DNA of 64,000 nucleotides from an uncultured Chloroflexia bacterium (GTDB lineage Bacteria > Chloroflexota > Anaerolineae > JAAYZQ01): the NCBI GenBank assembly GCA_963700285.1, contig CAVOXA010000010.1, positions 32,001 to 96,000 on the forward strand, written 5' to 3'. Under the pieces are notes generated by a model. The model had not been told where the DNA came from. It searched no databases and saw nothing but the letters and a program-made list of their open reading frames with translations. The translations under genes were made by a program, and so were the position numbers. Positions 19,325 to 27,640 of the stretch are shown one piece after another; position 1 is the first letter of the stretch, and each line of letters starts with the position of its first letter.

Positions 19325-20803
19325 CTACGCTCCCCATCCACGCGAGAAGACCGGTTCCTCTACCTCTTCCTCCTTGGGCTTGCGGAGACGGTAGAGCATG
19401 CGGATGATTTCTGGCGCCGCAATAAAGATGATGACCAGGGCCTGGATGATCTGCACGATCTCCGTTGGAACCCCGGCGACAGACTGCATGCGGGCTGCCC
19501 CAGAGCGCAGCATGCCGAAGAGCAGGCTGGCGCCCACAACACCTGCGGGATGGCTCTTGCCCAAGAGTGCCAGGGCGATGGCGTCAAAACCATAACCTGC
19601 TTGGAAGCCAAGGGCGATGTTGTGGGTAATGCCCAGACCCTGGACTACGCCGGCCAGGCCGGCCAGACAGCCGCTCAAGAACATGGCAATGACAAAGGTC
19701 CGGCCTACCTTCATGCCCGCGTAGCGTGCCGCATCGGGATTGGCGCCCACGGTCCGCAAGCCAAAGCCCCAGACCGTTCGAAAGAGGAACCAGCCGGTAA
19801 GCGCTGCCACCAGGAGAGCCAGGACAAAACCCCAATGGAGCGTAACCGGATGGTCTAGAAAGCGGGGCAGGTAGGCGCTCGGAAGGATCTCTTGGGTCCT
19901 GCAGGTACCCTGGGTCTTCTCCAAGGGTCCGCAAAGGAGCCACTCACTAAGCCGATACACCACATAGTTGAGCATGATGGTGGTGATTACCTCATGAGCA
20001 CCAGTTCGCGCCTTTAGAAAGCCGGCGATGGAGCCCCATAGTCCTGCAGCGGCAGCCCCAATGATGACTGTTAGAGGCAGGTGAAGTCCCGCCGGAAGAC
20101 CGGTGAGGGAATAACCGACAAAGACAGCAACCATCCAGCCGATACCAATCTGCCCCTCAGCGCCGATGTTAAAGAGACCAGCGCGAAAGCCCAGGGCCAC
20201 AGCCAGGCCAGCAAAGATATAGGGCACCGATTGGACTAGGCTGTCGCTGGGCCCACGCAGGGCACGCAGAAGAGGCTTGAGCCCTTCTCCGCTCAAGGTC
20301 TCACCCAGGGCCCCAAGGATCTGCCGGGGGTTGCCCAGCGCACCCTCGTACAGTGCCTTGTAAGCCTCAGCCAGATTGCTCAGTCCTACCTGAATGGCCA
20401 CCAGAAGCCCCTCGGCCTGCATGGTCTGGTACACTTCCTGGTCGGTGAGGATGAGCACGATACCGCCAATAAGCAGGGCCGTGAACACCGATAGCGCCGG
20501 AATGACCAAACCTCGCAGCCGGGTGGCCAGCCATTGCTTCATCCAAGGCCAGCCGCCACGTCCGATGGACACGATGGCCAGCACACCGAGAGCGATCAAG
20601 AGCGTGATGGGCCACAGCCCCAAGGCGATCAATAGAAGCAAGATAAGCCACTTGCTCAGGAGAATAGCAATGGTCGCCAGCAGCGCCACAATTGCCAGCC
20701 GCACCCACAGGGGCAGGCCAGCAAACCCTCGCCGCGTTCCAACTTCGACCGGTGGGTCGCTTCCCCACCGAGGAGGAGTTTGTTCTTCAGCCAACAGAGT
20801 CAC
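19325..20803 (-). CDS. Nucleoside/sugar ABC transporter permease (NupB/YufP type) with N-terminal extension
   Basis: GLFNIGAEGQ, EVITTIMLN, GANPDAARYAG, GFDAIALALLG. Confidence 0.92.
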   Translation of the reverse strand: MTLLAEEQTPPRWGSDPPVEVGTRRGFAGLPLWVRLAIVALLATIAILLSKWLILLLLIALGLWPITLLIALGVLAIVSIGRGGWPWMKQWLATRLRGLVIPALSVFTALLIGGIVLILTDQEVYQTMQAEGLLVAIQVGLSNLAEAYKALYEGALGNPRQILGALGETLSGEGLKPLLRALRGPSDSLVQSVPYIFAGLAVALGFRAGLFNIGAEGQIGIGWMVAVFVGYSLTGLPAGLHLPLTVIIGAAAAGLWGSIAGFLKARTGAHEVITTIMLNYVVYRLSEWLLCGPLEKTQGTCRTQEILPSAYLPRFLDHPVTLHWGFVLALLVAALTGWFLFRTVWGFGLRTVGANPDAARYAGMKVGRTFVIAMFLSGCLAGLAGVVQGLGITHNIALGFQAGYGFDAIALALLGKSHPAGVVGASLLFGMLRSGAARMQSVAGVPTEIVQIIQALVIIFIAAPEIIRMLYRLRKPKEEEVEEPVFSRGWGA

Positions 20804-22721
20804 CTCCTTCTTCGGCGTGTTGCGTCGTCCCAGCGATCTCGCCGGGTATGCCCCCTTTTGTCGCGTTTCGCGGCTCCCCCTCGAGGGAGGCGCCGGCCAT
20901 GAGCAGGCCCAGCTCTTCGCGGGTGACGTCCTCAGCGTCCATGGTACCTACGATCTTGCCCTCGTACATCACTGCAATCCGGTCCGACAGGGCCATGATC
21001 TCGTCCAGTTCGACAGAGACCAGCAGCACGGCGACCCCCTCATCACGTTTTTCAATGAGCCTGCGATGGATATACTCGATTGAGCCAACATCCAGGCCTC
21101 GCGTCGGCTGGGCAGCGATGAGCAGCTTGATGGGCCTGGAGAACTCGCGGGCGACGATGACCTTTTGCTGGTTGCCGCCCGAGAGGTTTTGGGCTGGAAG
21201 GGTGATGCTGGGTGTCCGAACGTCAAACTCCGCTGACACCTTGCCGGCATAGTCGTAAACTGTATCGAACTGGATCTGCGGCCCTTTGGCAAAGGGTAGT
21301 TGATAGTAGGTATTCAAGATCAGGTTGTCGTAGATGGGAAAGCCCAGTACCAGGCCGTCTCGCTGGCGGTCTTCGGGGATGTGAGCCACGCCCAACTCGG
21401 TGATGGTACGAGGCATGGCATTGGTCACGTCCTGGCCCATGATGCGGGCCGACCCATCAATGGCCGGGTGGAGCCCCGTAAGGACCTCGACCAATTCTGT
21501 CTGGCCATTGCCCTGGACACCGGCTATGCCCAACACCTCGCCGGCCCTGACAAACAGGTCCACGCCGCGCAGGATCCTCTGGCCTCTGGAGTCATCAGCC
21601 GCGAGCCCTGTCACCTCCAGTACCACATCGGCGGGAGAAGCCGGCCCCTTGTCCACGATCAAGGTCACCTCGCGCCCGACCATCATCTCGGCCAGATCTT
21701 CTTCCGAAGACTCGGCCGGCGTCGTCTCGCCCACCACCCGGCCATTGCGCAGGACAATGACGCGGTCGGCAATGGTCATGACTTCTTTGAGCTTGTGAGT
21801 GATAAAGATGATCGACTTGCCCTGATCCACCAGGCCATGCATGATCTCGAACAACTCCTCTGTCTCCTGGGGGGTAAGCACTGCAGTTGGCTCATCGAGG
21901 ATCAGGATCTCGGCCTCGCGGTAGAGCGTCTTGATGATCTCCACACGCTGCTGCACGCCCACCGGCAGGTCCTCAACCAGCGCGTCGGGGTCCACGGCCA
22001 AACCATATTGCTCCGACAGGTCGCGGATGCGCTGCGACGCCACGCGTCTGTCCAAAGATGTCGTAATCTCGCGCACCGGTGGATAGGAAGCGGCGGAAAA
22101 GAGGATGGCCAGGAAAACGAGCGCCGGGATCCACTGGCGTCCGTCCATGGCGAAGGCCAGGCCAGCAAAGAGTGCAAAGCTGACCACAGCAACGATAGGA
22201 GAATATACACGGAACCGAAACCGGCTGAGGTGCCCAAGCGCGACTGCGAGGCCATAGAGGGCCGCCACAGCTCCCGCACCTGCGAGGGCGGCTAGGAGCC
22301 ACTGTCCCACGTTGTTAAACGCAAAGAGGCTACCCACAGAAAAGAGCAGGGCTGTGACCCCGCTCGCCAGCACCAACGACTTCCAGGAAAAGGAGAAGCG
22401 CGTCGGCTCGGTGCCCATCACAATGTTCTCGGCCACGGTAAAGACAGGGACCAGTTGAAAGTGCTGGTGGACCATGCCGATGCCCAATTCGATTGCATCG
22501 TTGGGATCCTTGATCTCAACTGGAGCGCCCCGGATCTCGATCTCACCCTCATCCTGGGAATAGAGACCATAGATCATGTTCATCAAGGTGCTCTTGCCGG
22601 CGCCGTTCTCGCCCAAGAAGGCCAAAATCTCGCGCTGCTGCAGCGAGAAGCTAACGCGGTCATTGGCCAGCACCCCAGGGAAGCGCTTGGTTACATTGCG
22701 TGCCTCCAGAATGGGGACCAT
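20787..22721 (-). CDS. Nucleoside/sugar ABC transporter ATP-binding protein (tandem NBD) with hydrophobic insertion
   Basis: GENGAGKST, HQHF, ILDEPT, ITHKL, LSGGNQQK. Confidence 0.93.
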   Translation of the reverse strand: MVPILEARNVTKRFPGVLANDRVSFSLQQREILAFLGENGAGKSTLMNMIYGLYSQDEGEIEIRGAPVEIKDPNDAIELGIGMVHQHFQLVPVFTVAENIVMGTEPTRFSFSWKSLVLASGVTALLFSVGSLFAFNNVGQWLLAALAGAGAVAALYGLAVALGHLSRFRFRVYSPIVAVVSFALFAGLAFAMDGRQWIPALVFLAILFSAASYPPVREITTSLDRRVASQRIRDLSEQYGLAVDPDALVEDLPVGVQQRVEIIKTLYREAEILILDEPTAVLTPQETEELFEIMHGLVDQGKSIIFITHKLKEVMTIADRVIVLRNGRVVGETTPAESSEEDLAEMMVGREVTLIVDKGPASPADVVLEVTGLAADDSRGQRILRGVDLFVRAGEVLGIAGVQGNGQTELVEVLTGLHPAIDGSARIMGQDVTNAMPRTITELGVAHIPEDRQRDGLVLGFPIYDNLILNTYYQLPFAKGPQIQFDTVYDYAGKVSAEFDVRTPSITLPAQNLSGGNQQKVIVAREFSRPIKLLIAAQPTRGLDVGSIEYIHRRLIEKRDEGVAVLLVSVELDEIMALSDRIAVMYEGKIVGTMDAEDVTREELGLLMAGASLEGEPRNATKGGIPGEIAGTTQHAEEGGDSVG

Positions 22722-22940
22722 CGTCGCTCCCTTCTACCAAAACGGATTGGCAGGACTGGCGGATCGCGGCGCGTCACGCCTGAGATCCGAAAATCCTGCC
22801 AATCCGTTGTTCCTCTGCGAACGGTGCCGGGACCACTGGCGCACCTACGGTCCTTGCACCGTTCTCAGATCTGTTTCGAAAGACTCCTTGCACAAGCAGG
22901 CGAACGAGCGCCTGATCTCGCAAGGATCGTAGTTGTTCGG

Positions 22941-25045
22941 CTATTCCGACGGCGGCCAGCCGGTCGAAAGATCGCCAGCCATGATGCCCTCTACGATCGC
23001 CTCGACTTCGGCCGCTCAGCTCGGCGGGTATCTCTCCCTCAAAGTCGTGGAAGGGCGCCAGACCCACGCCGCCATTCGCCAGTGTACCGATGTACAGCGA
23101 GCCACCGGGGAACTCGCCCTTGGTCTTGGCCTCAGTCACCGTAAACACAGCATTGTCCAGCCGCTTCATGACACGAGCGTGATCAGGATGTCCTTCTCGT
23201 TGGGCAGCGTAAAGTACTGGTCCACGTCCACGCCGACGCCCCACTTGCCACGCTCCTTGGCCGCGGCCAGACCACCATTGCCCGTCTTGCCGCCCACGCC
23301 AAAGATCACGTCCACACCCTCGTCGATCAGCGAGTTGCCCTGGATCTTGCCCTCGTCCGGCGCCTCAAAGTCGCCCACGTAGACGCCCTTGACCTGCACG
23401 TCCGTGCCCTTCTCCTGCGTTGTAGTACTCCACCCCGGCCTCGTAGGCCACGATGAACTGCTCCACCGGCGGAATCTGCATGCCGCCGATCCAGCCCACC
23501 TGCGGATCGTCCGGATCCTGCAGCGACCGCCCAGCCTGCCGCCAGGTAACCCGATGGGGAACGCCGCCTCGTCTACGTTAAACACGATGCCCGCTACGTT
23601 CGGGATCGGCGGGTCGTAGGCAAAGTCGATGATGGCCATGTTGGTGTCGGGATACACCTCCGCCATCTTGGCCGTGGCGTCGCCCAGCAGGAAACCCACC
23701 GTGAAGATCAGGTCGTAGCCCTGCTCGGCAAACTCGGTGATGTTCTTCTCATAGTCCGCCTGGGCCTGGCTCTCGATGAACTGGGACTGCACGCCCAGCT
23801 CTTCCTGGGCCCGCTCCAGCCCATCCCAGGTGTTCTCGTTAAAGCTGGCATCGTCGATGCCGCCCACGTCCGACACCATGCCGACCTTGAGGCCCTCGCC
23901 GGGTCGCCTCTGCACCTTCTGGCGGCTCGCCCCAGCCGGTCCAGATCTCGCCGGCGATGATGCCCTCCTGGATCGCCTCGACTTCGGCCTTCAGCTCGGC
24001 GGGTATCTCGTCCCTCAAAGTCGTGGTAGGGCGCCAGACCCACGCCGCCATTCTCCAGCGTGCCGATGTACAGCGAGCCACCGGGGAACTCGCCCTTGAT
24101 CAGCGCCTCGGTCACGCGTAAACACAGCATTGTCCAGCCGCTTCATGCACGAGCGTGATCAGGATGTCCTTCTCGTTGGGCAGCGTAAAGTACTGGTCCA
24201 CGTCCACGCCGACGCCCCACTTGCCACGCTCCTTGGCCGCGGCCAGACCACCATTGCCCGTCTTGCCGCCCACGCCAAAGATCACGTCCACACCCTCGTC
24301 GATCAGCGAGTTGCCCTGGATCTTGCCCTCGTCCGGCGCCTCAAAGTCGCCCACGTAGACGCCCTTGACCTGCACGTCCGTGCCCTTCTGCTGGTTGTAG
24401 TAGTCCACCCCGGCCTCGTAGGCCACGATGAACTGCTCCACCGGCGGAATCTGCATGCCGCCGATCCAGCCCACCTGCGGATCGTCCGGATCCTGCAGGA
24501 CCGCCCAGCCCGCCGCCAGGTAACCCGATGGGGAAAGCCGCCTCGTCCACGTTGAACACAATGCCCGCTACGTTCGGGATCGGCGGGTCGTAGGCAAAGT
24601 CGATGATGGCCATGTTGGTGTCGGGATACACTTCCGCCATCTTGGCCGTGGCGTCGCCCAGCAGGAAACCCACCGTGAAGATCAGGTCGTAGCCCTGCTC
24701 GGCAAACTCGGTGATGTTCTTCTCATAGTCCGCCTGGGCCTGGCTCTCGATGAACTGGGACTGCACGCCCAACTCTTCCTGGGCCATCTCCAGCCCATGC
24801 CAGGTGTTCTCGTTAAAGCTGGCATCGTCGATGCCGCCCACGTCCGACACCATGCCTACCTTCAGGCCGCCTTCTTCTTCCGGCTCAGCAGCAGGGGCCT
24901 CGGTGGGTTCGGGGGCCGGTGCCTCGGTGGGCGCGGCCGCTGCCTCGGTAGGTTCCGGCTTGGGCTCCGGTGTGGCTCCACAGCCAGCCAGCGCCAGGGA
25001 TAGGACCAGCAGCGCTACCATGGTAGCAAACATCCACTTTTTCAT
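22941..25045 (-). CDS. BMP family ABC substrate-binding lipoprotein with two tandem BMP domains (11 apparent +1 frameshifts)
   Basis: Lipobox LAGC; two copies of GMVSDVGGIDDASFN...GVGVDVDQ...GGVGLAP. Removing 11 extra bases gives a 697-aa ORF. Confidence 0.82.
22950..24870. repeat. Near-identical internal tandem duplication (period about 974 bp)
   Basis: Long identical stretches, for example from 23867 and from 24841 (cgtccgacaccatg...). Confidence 0.88.
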
Positions 25046-25185
25046 CGTTTTCCTCCTTTGGTTGGAACTATGTAACACTCTTCTAGTAGGTATGAACAAC
25101 TGATTATGGACACGAGGAAAGTCTGGTCGATGGGCTACCTCCTTGTCTCGTTTGGGCCTGGATGAATTCCAACCCACCGGCTCGC

Positions 25186-25214
25186 ATTATACCCCATCTC
25201 GCCCACATTGGCAA
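25186..25214 (-). promoter_or_regulatory. Sigma70 promoter for the BMP/ABC operon
   Basis: TTGCCA-17-TATAAT on the minus strand. Confidence 0.7.
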
Positions 25215-25346
25215 GCTCTTTGCACACTGATGAAACAGTGGCGACTTTCTTAACGGAGGGAGCCCCAAGGGCTGATACCTTGCAAGCCAAGTACTCTACC
25301 CGGCAAGAGGCGGGACCTGAATCCCGTCCTACCCAAGGGCACCACA

Positions 25347-27554
25347 TTACAGTGGCGGGAGACCACCTGCTGGCTGCTCACTGGGCTGCTGTGCCGGACT
25401 GGTTTGAATCACCTCACGGGTGCCGCTGCCGCCCGGGGCAGGACCAATGATGCCCTGTTCTTCCATCGTTTCGATTAGCCTGGCGGCTCGCGAATAGCCG
25501 ATGCGTAGTTGGCGCTGAAGCATCGAGACCGAAGCGCGCTGGTGCTCCTGAACGATGGTGATCGCCCTGGGCAACAGTTCATCCTGGTTTGCGGCCTGCG
25601 CCTCGGAGTCTTCTATCTCCTGCCACATCTTTCGTTGGACCACCTCCTCGGGCAGGACCGGCTCTTGAGCCAAACGCACTCCCTTCCAGTAACGCACCAA
25701 CGCCGCTAATTCCTTGTCCGACACAAAACAGCCCTGGAGGCGAACCAACTTGCTGGAATCGGGGGCCATAAACAGCATATCGCCCCGGCCCAGCAGCTTG
25801 TCCGCCCCTGCGCTATCAATGATCACACGCGAATCAACCTGGCTGGTCACGGCAAAACTGATGCGCGCCGGAAAGTTGGCCTTGATAAGTCCGGTGACGA
25901 CATCCACGCTGGGCCGTTGGGTAGCGATGACCAGGTGGATACCCGTGGCCCGCGCCATCTGGGCGAGGCGACAGATGGCACGCTCTACCTCATCGGGCGC
26001 GACCATCATCAGATCGGCCAGTTCATCGATGACCACCACGATATAGGGCAACGGCTTTTTTCCCTTGGCGATCAGCTGTTGGTTATAGACATCAATGTTC
26101 CTGGCCCTTGCCTGGTTGAACTGCTTGTACCGATCGTCCATCTCGCGCGTGGCCCAGTTCAGCACCCCGACCACCCGTTCCAGCTCGATGACCACCGGCG
26201 CTCGTAGGTGGGGAATGCTGTTGTAGGTCGTTAGCTCTACCATCTTGGGATCAACCATGATGAACTGGACATCATCAGGGGTACGGGTACAGAGCAACGA
26301 GGCAATGATCGAGTTCACGCACACGCTCTTGCCCGAACCGGTGGCACCGGCGATGAGCAAGTGAGGCAGCGTCGCCAGATCAGTGGCGATGGGATTGCCC
26401 GCGACATCCTGGCCAAGGGCAATGGGCAGGGGTCCTTTGATCTTGCGGAAGGGATCGCTCTCCAGCACAGTACGCAAGGCCACCAAGGCGATCTCGGAGT
26501 TGGGGACCTCGATGCCAACGATGGAGCGGCCGGGCACCGGCGCCTCAATTCGAATGGGCGAAGCGGCTAGCGCCAGCGCAAGGTCATTGGACAGGCCAGA
26601 GATCTTGCTAACCTTGATCTTGGACCGGGTGACCCGGCCGTTGCTGTTTCGCCTTTCGATGTAACCGGGCTCCACGCCGAACTGGGTTACGGTCGGCCCC
26701 TGGTTTACCTCGACTACCTTGGCCGGTACAGCGAAACTGGACAGCGTATCCTCAATGATCCGCACCCGCTCGCGGATCTCGGTCTGGCTCAACTCTTGCT
26801 CTTCGGATTTTTCCAGTATTTCGTCCATCGCTGGCAGATGCCACGTCCGCTCGCCACCAATGATACGTGGAAAGACACTGCCAGATGGACGCATGGGTGT
26901 CAGCCCAGCCTCTGCTTCAGTGGATGGCAGTTCGCGCAAAGGCTGGCCCTGCAGTAGTGGATCTTTCCCGCGATGCGGCAGCTCGATGCGCGGCAACCGT
27001 GCCTGGTCCGGTACCCGCCGGACCGCGTCAATCACAGCCAACCACATCTCGCCGAGCGACTTGCCCAGCACAATGATCAGACAGATGATCAACAACATCA
27101 CCAGCACGAGTACCGCCGCCGGCGTGCCAAATCCCGACACCAGCAGCCCACTCAACCCATAGCCCACGTAACCGCCACCACCGCCTTCAGCGGCTATAGA
27201 CCGGGGATCGTCTCCACCAACAATCAGGTGCAACAAGGCCAGTCCGAACACAAAAAAGAACAGTACGCCCCATGGTTTCCCTGGCTCGATGTTCAATTTT
27301 CGATCGAATCCCAGAAAGGTCAACCAAAGGCCTGCCGCAGCGAACCAGACCGGCATCAACCATACGCCCCAGCCAACCCCCGACCGCAGGAAACCGATCC
27401 ATAGATCCATCGCTGCTCCGCGCTCGACGGGAATGAGGCTCAGTAAGGTCAGAAGAGCCACCAACAGCAGGAGGATGCCAAAAACCTCGGGACGCAAGAT
27501 GCCGCCCAGCTCCAGTCCGCTGCCTGGTTTCTTTGTTTTACTCCTCTTTGTCAT
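25347..27554 (-). CDS. ftsK: DNA translocase FtsK/SpoIIIE
   Basis: N-terminal TM domain, RIEAPVPG, GATGSGKS, IDELADL, ATQRPS, gamma domain LQRQLRIGYSRAARL. Confidence 0.96.
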   Translation of the reverse strand: MTKRSKTKKPGSGLELGGILRPEVFGILLLLVALLTLLSLIPVERGAAMDLWIGFLRSGVGWGVWLMPVWFAAAGLWLTFLGFDRKLNIEPGKPWGVLFFFVFGLALLHLIVGGDDPRSIAAEGGGGGYVGYGLSGLLVSGFGTPAAVLVLVMLLIICLIIVLGKSLGEMWLAVIDAVRRVPDQARLPRIELPHRGKDPLLQGQPLRELPSTEAEAGLTPMRPSGSVFPRIIGGERTWHLPAMDEILEKSEEQELSQTEIRERVRIIEDTLSSFAVPAKVVEVNQGPTVTQFGVEPGYIERRNSNGRVTRSKIKVSKISGLSNDLALALAASPIRIEAPVPGRSIVGIEVPNSEIALVALRTVLESDPFRKIKGPLPIALGQDVAGNPIATDLATLPHLLIAGATGSGKSVCVNSIIASLLCTRTPDDVQFIMVDPKMVELTTYNSIPHLRAPVVIELERVVGVLNWATREMDDRYKQFNQARARNIDVYNQQLIAKGKKPLPYIVVVIDELADLMMVAPDEVERAICRLAQMARATGIHLVIATQRPSVDVVTGLIKANFPARISFAVTSQVDSRVIIDSAGADKLLGRGDMLFMAPDSSKLVRLQGCFVSDKELAALVRYWKGVRLAQEPVLPEEVVQRKMWQEIEDSEAQAANQDELLPRAITIVQEHQRASVSMLQRQLRIGYSRAARLIETMEEQGIIGPAPGGSGTREVIQTSPAQQPSEQPAGGLPPL

Positions 27555-27640
27555 CGCTTTTCCTACGCCTCGACCCTATTATACCCTTTCTTTGCTATGC
27601 GCGCAAATGTTCTAATCGGGCCGAAGATGGTGCAATCTGC

